A DNA stretch of 64,000 nt from a virus (taxonomy: Duplodnaviria > Caudoviricetes). This document shows, piece by piece, positions 8,879 to 17,294 of this stretch; position 1 is the first letter of the stretch; every line of letters begins with the position of its first letter. The stretch lies in the IMG/VR virus record IMGVR_UViG_3300034061_004620; one strand, 5' to 3'. The notes beneath the pieces were generated by a model. That model worked only from the letters and a program-made list of their open reading frames with translations. It did no database searches and was not told where the DNA came from. The position numbers and the translations under genes are program-made.

Positions 8879-10703
8879 ATCTTTGAGACAACCAAGGCCA
8901 ATCAAAACTTAACATTAGTTTATTATTGTTACCATTTACTTCATTGTAATAATTAATAGCGTCTTTCGCTCCACGTAAACACCACTCTGCGTTATCTCCA
9001 TTGGCTACGGTTAACCAAGTGTCTAATCTATGTTCTGTTTCAATGGTAGGACTTGTTTCCATGAACAATTTTAATTTTAAAACTTCTCTGAATGCTGTGC
9101 GCCAGGTCATCCAGGGATCGGCATTAAAATAGGCAATAGCACTGAGCTCAGGTATTACTGTGTGTTTTTGACTAAGTGTAAAATCTAATCCGGATTCTAA
9201 AGTTTCCAACACCAGTCTTTTATTATAAGCAATAACACCCATATGCCCGTATTCGAGTCCGTTTAAGCAATTACGACTATGGAATATATAATGTTTAGGT
9301 TCTTGCCAATAATCAGGTTGCCAACCAAAGTCAAAACTGCCCAACACTTCTAATTTTGCAAATACAGCGAAAAACCAGTCCGTGGTACTTGCCGAGGCGG
9401 CTGCATGATATGCAGCCGTTCGTCCGTTTACATTCTGTACTCTTTTTAAACGTTGTGTAGAATGTTTATGGTTCATGGTTACCAAAAGATGATCATACCA
9501 ACGTTCAGCATCAGGTTCACCGTTACTTATATAAACAATATCTAATTCTTTATCTGTATATGCATTTTCTTTACGTCGTAAAACGTATGGATAATCATAC
9601 AATTGTGTTTTAATATGCGCTTGAGCTTCTCTTGGTATTACACTTGTACTACCTGATATATTTAACGCTTCGGCAATACGATCCTTAGGGTGCCACATGC
9701 ACGGAGGAGTAAATACTGGATCAGTTGGAAGCGTATCTAATTTAAAAATAGCGTATGGAAAATTAAATTTGTACTCTTGTACAGTCGGAACTAAACTATC
9801 TTGCCGGTATTCTATTATTGGTACATCAATTGAAACAATTTGATCTGTGCAGTAATGAATCACATTAAACCAATCTAATAATTCTAATTCATACAATTGT
9901 GTTCGCAATGACGGCACATGAACATAAAAAGTATCGCCTCTTTTTTGAGGATACCATTTGTTACAAGATGTAGGAAACACATGTATCATTTCTCGTTGCT
10001 CGGGAGCAGGGTGCCAAGTAAAATCAAATTTTGAGTAATCGCAAAAGCTACTCGTAATCCAAACAAATTCTGTCGTGGCTAAATTTGCAATACGCTTGAA
10101 CACGTTTAAATGGCTATCAACATACCTGGTACTTTTTGCGTCAGGGTGTTGTTGTTGTATTCTGGCAAATTGTTCTGCACTTCCGTCGTTTAAGAAATCC
10201 ATATAAAAGATTCGTGTAGCACCATTACGTATGTGTTGTGCATTTACATATTTGATGCCAGCAGTACCTGGATATACAGGGCCTCCGTCCCGTTGCCACA
10301 ATGTGGGAAAATGGTATTCATAATCTTCTTCTAATTCGTCTGGATGCCAACTGTAATCAAATTTACTGTCGTCTATATTTGCAGGAACTATCCATTTTGC
10401 TTTCTCAACACAGCGTGTGACTTTTTGTTCTGTTCTAAAATGCCATTCTTTATTTTGCACGGTATCTTTATTAGCAAAGTAAGCACCTCCGGAACGTTGC
10501 CATTGTGTACCAAAACAATGCGTTTGATGGGCTTCCCAAGGAGCAGGACGCCAACTAAAATCAAAATTAGTGTAATCGTTACCGCCATAAATATACCAGT
10601 AATATCGAGTTCTACTTTTTTCCGCAGCATCCTCTAAACTACTTGCATATTTCTCAAATTCAAATTTATCGGGCTTAGAGCCGTAATAAAAAACATCAAA
10701 CAT
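8856..10703 (-). CDS. Multi-module glycosyltransferase-like protein (repeated degenerate GT-A-like units)
   Basis: Four FD(F/Y)xWxP motifs. The C-terminal unit aligns by eye with the 27904-28851 protein (DIVYISNGEP, AAYHAAA, NGLEYGHMGV, WRTAFRE). Confidence 0.6.
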   Translation of the reverse strand: MFDVFYYGSKPDKFEFEKYASSLEDAAEKSRTRYYWYIYGGNDYTNFDFSWRPAPWEAHQTHCFGTQWQRSGGAYFANKDTVQNKEWHFRTEQKVTRCVEKAKWIVPANIDDSKFDYSWHPDELEEDYEYHFPTLWQRDGGPVYPGTAGIKYVNAQHIRNGATRIFYMDFLNDGSAEQFARIQQQHPDAKSTRYVDSHLNVFKRIANLATTEFVWITSSFCDYSKFDFTWHPAPEQREMIHVFPTSCNKWYPQKRGDTFYVHVPSLRTQLYELELLDWFNVIHYCTDQIVSIDVPIIEYRQDSLVPTVQEYKFNFPYAIFKLDTLPTDPVFTPPCMWHPKDRIAEALNISGSTSVIPREAQAHIKTQLYDYPYVLRRKENAYTDKELDIVYISNGEPDAERWYDHLLVTMNHKHSTQRLKRVQNVNGRTAAYHAAASASTTDWFFAVFAKLEVLGSFDFGWQPDYWQEPKHYIFHSRNCLNGLEYGHMGVIAYNKRLVLETLESGLDFTLSQKHTVIPELSAIAYFNADPWMTWRTAFREVLKLKLFMETSPTIETEHRLDTWLTVANGDNAEWCLRGAKDAINYYNEVNGNNNKLMLSFDWPWLSQRFKNLYNV

Positions 10704-11826
10704 GTATAATATTCACAGTCATTACGAAAATATATTTTCTTATCTAAAAACATTGGTACCACAACCCAGACTCGTTCATCTGCATCCATTTGGATCAACT
10801 AAAATTGATAATGCCGAGTCAATTAATATTGGGGGATACGGCCCGCTATTTTTTTGTTACGATCAAGAACCAATTATACCAAATTTTAACAGAGAACTAT
10901 TTCAACATGTACGTAATTATAAAGATGATTCAGGTCAACCAAGATCAACTATAGTACTTAACACAGAAAAAAATAGTCAAACTAAAAATACATTCTTAGA
11001 AGAATTTAATTTTGCCGATTGTTATTATTTTTTCCATGCATTTGCCGCGGCAGATTGGTATAGAGGCTATCAATATTGTACAGATTTAATACCAATAGAA
11101 CAACGAAAAATAAAGAAAAAATACATTTCTTTTAATCGTATTACCGGCGGTGCAAGAATGTATCGAACTATTTTAGTATCTGAACTACAAAGGCATGACA
11201 TTTTAAAATTTGGTAATGTAAGCTTTAGTCATAATTGCCCTGAATATGGATCCTATAAAGATTTTTTAACAGACGAAAATTACGTATATCAATTTAATCC
11301 TGGTTATTTAGATGAGGTTAAAGGAATATTAGACAATATAAATTTTCCGTTACGTATTGATAACTTTGGCTTAGAAACAATTCCAAATAACAGTCAGACA
11401 CTAAGTTGTATTCCGGCCTGTATGGAAAGTTTTGTTTATTTGGTTACCGAGACTTGTTTTTTTGATAAAAAATTGCATCTAACTGAAAAAGTTTTTAAAC
11501 CAATAGTGAGTAAGCAACCGTTTTTGTTGTTAGGTTGTGCTAATAATCTACAGTATTTAAAAAGTTACGGATTTAAGACTTTTAACAGATGGTGGGATGA
11601 AAATTATGATGCTATCGAAGATCCATTGACTCGTTTAAAGGTAGTTGTAAATATTCTTAAGGGTATTTGTGAAAAATCAAACGATGAACTCGAACAGATG
11701 CTGTTAGATATGCAGGAAGTTCTTGAATATAATTACAACTGGTTTTACAGCAAAGAATTTTTAGATTTAGTATGGAATGAACTTACAACTAATCTTCAAG
11801 CGGCAATTGCACAATTAAAACGTTAG
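10702..11826 (+). CDS. Putative glycosyltransferase (GT10/GT-B-like C-terminal motif)
   Basis: LVTETCF...LTEKVFKPIVSKQPFLLLG...GFKTF...DENYD resembles the GT10 EN..ITEK..P..G motif. Paralog of 19219-20154. Confidence 0.55.
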   Translation: MYNIHSHYENIFSYLKTLVPQPRLVHLHPFGSTKIDNAESINIGGYGPLFFCYDQEPIIPNFNRELFQHVRNYKDDSGQPRSTIVLNTEKNSQTKNTFLEEFNFADCYYFFHAFAAADWYRGYQYCTDLIPIEQRKIKKKYISFNRITGGARMYRTILVSELQRHDILKFGNVSFSHNCPEYGSYKDFLTDENYVYQFNPGYLDEVKGILDNINFPLRIDNFGLETIPNNSQTLSCIPACMESFVYLVTETCFFDKKLHLTEKVFKPIVSKQPFLLLGCANNLQYLKSYGFKTFNRWWDENYDAIEDPLTRLKVVVNILKGICEKSNDELEQMLLDMQEVLEYNYNWFYSKEFLDLVWNELTTNLQAAIAQLKR

Positions 11827-12232
11827 ACTTTTTCAAAAAATCAATCCCGGCAGTGTCTCGATAACTTTGACTGTAATAGACATCGGTTATCCCGCTTTGA
11901 TAAATTAATTTAGCACATTCCAAACAGGGACTGTGAGTAACAAACAAACTGGCGCCTTCTCCGCTTTCATTTGATCGTGCCAGTTTTGCGATTGCATTGG
12001 TTTCGGCATGCAAGACTTCAGGCTTTGTCGTAAGTCCTACTATTTCTCCATTGGGCCACTTACATTCGTCTTCACAGTCGTTGTCCCATCCCGCTGGCAT
12101 ACCGTTATAGCCAATACTAATTATTCTATCGTGTTTGGCAATGATACAACCTACCTTCAATCTGCGAGCATGACTAAGAGCTGCAAAAGTCTGAGCAGTT
12201 TGCATAAACGCACGTTTAAATTTCTCTTTCAT
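11789..12232 (-). CDS. cd: dCMP deaminase
   Basis: IGYNGMP, HAETNAI (HxE), SPCLECAK (PCxxC). Confidence 0.95.
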   Translation of the reverse strand: MKEKFKRAFMQTAQTFAALSHARRLKVGCIIAKHDRIISIGYNGMPAGWDNDCEDECKWPNGEIVGLTTKPEVLHAETNAIAKLARSNESGEGASLFVTHSPCLECAKLIYQSGITDVYYSQSYRDTAGIDFLKKSNVLIVQLPLED

Positions 12233-12804
12233 TCCGCACCCATTTGCTTTCTAATAGCAGTGGCCGATATTGCCTGCGTGGCATCATCAAAGGTTTCTTG
12301 TTCAATCAAATAGCCAACATCGCGACCATATGTTATATTCACAATGTTAGGTACTACAATAATTTCGTACATACCTTTATATTCTGGATCTAAATCTGCA
12401 CGAATATAATTTTTAACTTGTTCAAGATCGAATGGATTACTATGATTCCAGCCTTGGCAATCTCTAATCATAATACATACTTGTCCAGTTTTCTTTATTG
12501 CACGGTCAAATAACGCACGATGCCCGGCGTGCCAAGGTTGCCAACGGCCTAACATTTGCACTGTGGGTTTACGCCAATCAAATATTGGCGTATTTGTTAT
12601 TTTAGCTGTATTGTTCATAATTGAGAGATATCCTTCACAATATACATTCCATTTTTCTATATTATTTTCTATAGTCACTTTATCTTTAACAGGCACCTGG
12701 ATATCTAAATGTTCAACCAAGTATTCAGTTTCATTTTCGAATACACGCCATACTTGGCCACTGTTGTTATGCTGATGATTAAATCTTATGTGATATTTGT
12801 TCAT
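12229..12804 (-). CDS. HxGH (cytidylyltransferase-like) nucleotidyltransferase fused to a ~70-aa N-terminal domain
   Basis: LGRWQPWHAGH; ISATAIR (SxTxIR-type C-terminal motif). Confidence 0.8.
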   Translation of the reverse strand: MNKYHIRFNHQHNNSGQVWRVFENETEYLVEHLDIQVPVKDKVTIENNIEKWNVYCEGYLSIMNNTAKITNTPIFDWRKPTVQMLGRWQPWHAGHRALFDRAIKKTGQVCIMIRDCQGWNHSNPFDLEQVKNYIRADLDPEYKGMYEIIVVPNIVNITYGRDVGYLIEQETFDDATQAISATAIRKQMGAE

Positions 12805-13198
12805 AGATAGTTTTTGCCCATTTACCTGCGTCTTGTTCAGTTACTCTGATATCATATTTGTCGGGAGCCACAAATATTTGATTTGTATCTTTGTATCTAC
12901 CTTCTGTAATTGTATCTACCCAAATTAAAAAATGTGGGTCGTATATATCTCGCATTTCTTTAAGCGGACATACAAAGTCAGCTATTATAAAATCACGATT
13001 AGATGTGTCTGCAATTTCTCGCATTCTTTTACTTTGTCGTAGTCTACCCGCTTCACTGAAATCCCAATCATTGAATTTCCTACGTATTTCATCAGCATTT
13101 AACCATAATGCATCAGGAGAAAAATAATTTAATAAATTTATAGCAAGGGTGGTTTTACCTGCGCCTGGCAGACCCATTATAAGTATACGTTTTGTCAT
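12779..13198 (-). CDS. Adenylylsulfate kinase (CysC)-like P-loop kinase
   Basis: GLPGAGKTT, WLNADEIR, DFSEAGR, IADFVCP parallel the CysC motifs LDGDxxR, GFSxxDR and ISP. Confidence 0.8.
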   Translation of the reverse strand: MTKRILIMGLPGAGKTTLAINLLNYFSPDALWLNADEIRRKFNDWDFSEAGRLRQSKRMREIADTSNRDFIIADFVCPLKEMRDIYDPHFLIWVDTITEGRYKDTNQIFVAPDKYDIRVTEQDAGKWAKTIYEQISHKI

Positions 13199-14676
13199 GA
13201 AAATACCTTCACGTTGTATTTACTTTCAAATCTATCCGCATCTACTCGATCGTTTACTATAGGCTCACCCTTAATATTTAAACTTGTATTAAGCAACATA
13301 GGGCAATCCGTTAAAACAAACCATTTTTCTAACAGTTCTCGGATTCCTGAACCATCTCGCGGTACCGTCTGTACTCGACTGGTCCCATCAACATGGCAGA
13401 TAGCAGGAAAACGGTTAGGAAACTTACAACGAGCGACTGACTGCATATAGCGACTATTAGTCCACCCAGGGCTGAAATCAAAGTACTGATCAGCCATCTC
13501 TTCCAATATGACCGGGGCGAAAGGTCTAAATTTTTGTCTTCTTTTGATTTCATTTACTCTATCCTTTATGTTGGGTCCTCTTGGATCTGCTAATAAACTT
13601 CTATTCCCCAAAGCACGTGGACCAAACTCAGCACGACCATTAGCAACACCACAAATACCGTCAGATAGTAAACTATCAAGTATGGATGTAACGGGATATG
13701 CGCCCGGAATATTGTGACCAAGATAAGCATTGACCCAATTAACACGCCGCCCATATTTAAGTGCGGCAGCACCAAGGCTGCTACCAGCATCACCAGGATT
13801 AGGCATAATCCAAATGTTTTCAAAATACTCTCCAAGATTTCTATTAGCCAAACAGTTTAATGCAACGCCGCCCATGTACACGAGATTAGTACTCCAGTTA
13901 AAATCTCTTGCGCGACGCATTACATTATAAATTAAATTTTCTACAGTCTTTTGTGCAGCAGCAGCTATATCAGCATCGTGTATATCTTGCATAAATGTGC
14001 GGTCTGCCCCGGCATGTAAATTGTGCTTAAACGTCACATTCCATTCGTTATTGATTAATGCATCTTGCATAGATGCAGCATGTCCTGTTCTTCCGTACGC
14101 TGACATTCCCATTAGAATATATTCGTCTTCGTTGGGCTTAAGACCAACTCTTTGTGTCATGGCAGAATAAAACAAGCCAATACTGTGAGGATATTGTTGC
14201 GACCATAATTTTTTATATTGTGCATAACCACGTCTATCATATTCTGCACCATATATACTGATAGTATCCCATTCTCCTATAGCATCAATAACAACCACTG
14301 TGGCACGATCATACGTACTGGTTTGAAATCCGGCTGCTGCATGACTGAGATGATGATTATGAGAACTATAACTGGGAATGTGTGCCCATCCTCCAAACTG
14401 TTCTGTTAAGATTTTCTTGGTAGATAGTTGATTCCACTCTATCCCTTCGCCGCTATATAACCTACGTAATTGCTTCTTCCATGGAGATTCATAATATGCA
14501 ACATGATGAATAGGAAAGTAGTCCATCACATCATCCATTAATGTGCGACAGATGTTTGAGTCGTTCTTCGACTTGCTATAGCGTTCGCTATGAGCAGCAA
14601 ATAGTATATCGCCTTGTGTATTAATTACACTAACTGCGGCGTCATGAAAGCCAGCTGATATTCCTAATATATTCAT
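13195..14676 (-). CDS. Carbamoyltransferase (NodU/CmcH/TobZ family)
   Basis: Start refined to MNILGISAGFHDAA. ERYSKSK, HHLSHAA, DAIGE, EYILMGMSAYG, GGVALNC, PGDAG, EFGPRALGNRS, RPFAP, HVDGTSRVQ, LNTSLN. Confidence 0.96.
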   Translation of the reverse strand: MNILGISAGFHDAAVSVINTQGDILFAAHSERYSKSKNDSNICRTLMDDVMDYFPIHHVAYYESPWKKQLRRLYSGEGIEWNQLSTKKILTEQFGGWAHIPSYSSHNHHLSHAAAGFQTSTYDRATVVVIDAIGEWDTISIYGAEYDRRGYAQYKKLWSQQYPHSIGLFYSAMTQRVGLKPNEDEYILMGMSAYGRTGHAASMQDALINNEWNVTFKHNLHAGADRTFMQDIHDADIAAAAQKTVENLIYNVMRRARDFNWSTNLVYMGGVALNCLANRNLGEYFENIWIMPNPGDAGSSLGAAALKYGRRVNWVNAYLGHNIPGAYPVTSILDSLLSDGICGVANGRAEFGPRALGNRSLLADPRGPNIKDRVNEIKRRQKFRPFAPVILEEMADQYFDFSPGWTNSRYMQSVARCKFPNRFPAICHVDGTSRVQTVPRDGSGIRELLEKWFVLTDCPMLLNTSLNIKGEPIVNDRVDADRFESKYNVKVFS

Positions 14677-15295
14677 TGATATGTTCTGCTGTTTGTTGAT
14701 GACCAAGTTCTAATGGATGCCCTCTTGGACCCTTAAGACAATCGCCCATCCAATCCACCATTGCTTCATCGGGCCATCCTATAAAATACTGTGTATCAAT
14801 TTGTTTAATTAAATCATTGTTGCGTTCGTCGGTTCGTCTTAGGTCTTGATGATTTCCAAATACATCAAACATCAAATAAGGTTTGTTATTAAGTTTTAAA
14901 TATGATTGTACAAGTACAATGTTTAACAAGTATTGTCTATATAGATAATCATCATTATGGTGTCTACTATAATAATCAGTTACATTTGCTCGCCATGGAT
15001 ATTGATGTTTAAATGGTACATTAATTCTCCCGGGCCATGTATCAAATATATCATATTCGTCGGCTATTTCAATTCTATCAAAATGACTCCATGCTACAAT
15101 AACTGCATCAAAGTTATTTGATTCTTCTACGACTGTTCTAACCATGTGCGTATTGCCACGTCCTGGTTTACCTAAGTTAGTAAGTGTAGAATCAAGTGCA
15201 GCAGCTACTAATGCCGGCCATGCTGTATCCGCTGGGTTATCTAATTCGTCACCGTAGGTGAAACTATCGCCTACAGTTAATAATCTTTTTTTCAT
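14642..15295 (-). CDS. SGNH/GDSL-like hydrolase or acyltransferase
   Basis: VGDSFTYG (block I), NLGKPGRGN (block II), GHPLELGH (block V His). Confidence 0.75.
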   Translation of the reverse strand: MKKRLLTVGDSFTYGDELDNPADTAWPALVAAALDSTLTNLGKPGRGNTHMVRTVVEESNNFDAVIVAWSHFDRIEIADEYDIFDTWPGRINVPFKHQYPWRANVTDYYSRHHNDDYLYRQYLLNIVLVQSYLKLNNKPYLMFDVFGNHQDLRRTDERNNDLIKQIDTQYFIGWPDEAMVDWMGDCLKGPRGHPLELGHQQTAEHINEYIRNISWLS

Positions 15296-15393
15296 TTATA
15301 GATAAATGGATCTCGTTTACGTAATTCACGTAATTTTCTTCGATAACGTATTTCTAATACAATTCTATTCCAAATGTTTTTTAACCATGTCAT
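15292..15393 (-). CDS. 33-aa basic peptide; not in the ORF track
   Basis: MTWLKNIWNRIVLEIRYRRKLRELRKRDPFIYK*. It fills the gap between the two SGNH genes and its TGA overlaps the next ATG. Confidence 0.75.
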   Translation of the reverse strand: MTWLKNIWNRIVLEIRYRRKLRELRKRDPFIYK

Positions 15394-16162
15394 TGAATTT
15401 CTCCTTGAGTAAATCTGCTGCGTCTATATGTGCTTGTTCAAGAGGGTGAGTTGTTCCTATTGGGTATTTGTTTTCAAGTGCCCATTGATAAAATCCTCTT
15501 GGAGTCTGTGTTTCATTGGGGTTAATTCCAGCCGGAAACCAAAACCAAGATTCTTGATCTTGAATTATTTGTCTATAAAGGCTTTGAATTGTTTCGCTAC
15601 TGTTTTTAACTGTTACACTATGTAAGAAATTATTATCTGCACACGTAAACAGATATCTCACACCATTCGTTTTTAGATAATTTTGAAGGTAAACAATTTC
15701 CTTTAAAGTCGAGTATACTTCCCAGTATTCCCCTGCTCCTACATGCTTGAAAAATAACGACGCAAACGTATAAATGCCGGAAAGTTTAGCACGATTAAGA
15801 GTGTCATGATGATCTTTTAGTATCTGAGCATCTTGGTTCACAAATTTTTTTTCAACCGACTGTTTATCCTCTATAGTCCACGGAGTTATAGAATACCAAT
15901 CTCTTGTAATCTGTCCGGTATCGTATGTGAATTTAAATTCATACCTGCCAGGAAATGTCCAACAAACAAAAACAAATAGTTCCTTGCCTAAATGTTTTTC
16001 AACAGCGTCAATAGTTCTTCTGGCGATGCCATCATTCCCAATTCCTGGCCACGCTATGCATTCATAATGATACTGGTCACTTAATAAAGCTGCAAAAGTG
16101 TTTTTTTGAGACTGTAATTCACTTCCGTAAATAAAGCTATCACCGGCTGCTACTATAATCAT
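15365..16162 (-). CDS. SGNH/GDSL-like hydrolase or acyltransferase (paralog of 14642-15295)
   Basis: AGDSFIYG, AWPGIGN, THPLEQAH. Confidence 0.7.
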   Translation of the reverse strand: MIIVAAGDSFIYGSELQSQKNTFAALLSDQYHYECIAWPGIGNDGIARRTIDAVEKHLGKELFVFVCWTFPGRYEFKFTYDTGQITRDWYSITPWTIEDKQSVEKKFVNQDAQILKDHHDTLNRAKLSGIYTFASLFFKHVGAGEYWEVYSTLKEIVYLQNYLKTNGVRYLFTCADNNFLHSVTVKNSSETIQSLYRQIIQDQESWFWFPAGINPNETQTPRGFYQWALENKYPIGTTHPLEQAHIDAADLLKEKFNDMVKKHLE

Positions 16163-17294
16163 ATCCTGGCTTCATCATATCAATTTGCATTTGTTTGTAA
16201 TTGTAATCACTCCAACAATAATCATAGGTATTTGAAATACCATTAACTTCAATTTTGTAAATGTCTAAATGATTACTTAATATTTGTTGCACGGTAGCTT
16301 CATGTAATGTTCCAAAACCTGTGCTAAGATTAACCTGTCCTACAGGTAGGTATCCTAAACTTAAATTTGGATCATTAATTTCTTTGTTATTTGTTTGTAA
16401 CCAAGCATAAAAATCATTCATTTGTTTGTTGTGCCATTCATGGGCGCCGTTATACACAACACTTTTCCCCCATTCAACATCAAATTCTCCACTAAAATAT
16501 TTTAGTTCTGTTATAGCTTCACACACAGTATCAGTCAACTGCGGTGCACATTCATCTCTAAATACTTCAAATAATGTTTTACCAATTTGTGTCCAATGCA
16601 TATATACTCCGCCAAATACACGGTCGTACCCATTGGTAATAAAACCTTGCTTATGTTCATTGGTTAGTGTATAACGTTCGGCGTGTAAAAAAGTGGTGAT
16701 TTGACTTGGACGTATCCACTCCGCAGCAGTTGCTTGTTTACGTTGACTAAGACAGAGATTCTCAATTTCATGGCATAAATTGTTTAGTTGTCGTATAGCA
16801 TATTTTGTGGTATAATCAGCATACTTGTAATAAGAACTTAAATTTTCAACTGTTCCTTGCAATATTTCAAAATAATTATGAAGTCTATTCATGACCTCGT
16901 GTTTTATGCTCAAACCTAAATTAGATTCATCCCATCCAATTGGATATTCGTCGCCGAATCTAATTGAATCAGGAACATAAAAATCGTCAATGACAAAAGG
17001 TTGTAATCCCATGGTTTCCCAAACTTTTGTTCTGTTAAACACGTTGATCCGATATACCGCATCATTTAACTCTTTACACAAATAATTTAAATTTCTGGGA
17101 GTATGGGGGAATCCCATAAAACAAAAATTTTTTTCAATTAAACGCTTTTGCACAAGTTCTTTTTGCAAAGCTTGTGCCCAATCTTGTGCTAACTGGGTAT
17201 CGTTTAGTTCTATATCGTAATCAATTTGATCGCTTTTTATTAAAGGATTACGTAAAACTACTTTAACCGATTGAATTCCACCACTCATAAACAT
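16140..17294 (-). CDS. Hypothetical protein (384 aa), function unrecognised
   Basis: Long ORF coupled within the minus-strand operon; no motif recognised. Confidence 0.8.
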   Translation of the reverse strand: MFMSGGIQSVKVVLRNPLIKSDQIDYDIELNDTQLAQDWAQALQKELVQKRLIEKNFCFMGFPHTPRNLNYLCKELNDAVYRINVFNRTKVWETMGLQPFVIDDFYVPDSIRFGDEYPIGWDESNLGLSIKHEVMNRLHNYFEILQGTVENLSSYYKYADYTTKYAIRQLNNLCHEIENLCLSQRKQATAAEWIRPSQITTFLHAERYTLTNEHKQGFITNGYDRVFGGVYMHWTQIGKTLFEVFRDECAPQLTDTVCEAITELKYFSGEFDVEWGKSVVYNGAHEWHNKQMNDFYAWLQTNNKEINDPNLSLGYLPVGQVNLSTGFGTLHEATVQQILSNHLDIYKIEVNGISNTYDYCWSDYNYKQMQIDMMKPGYDYSSSR

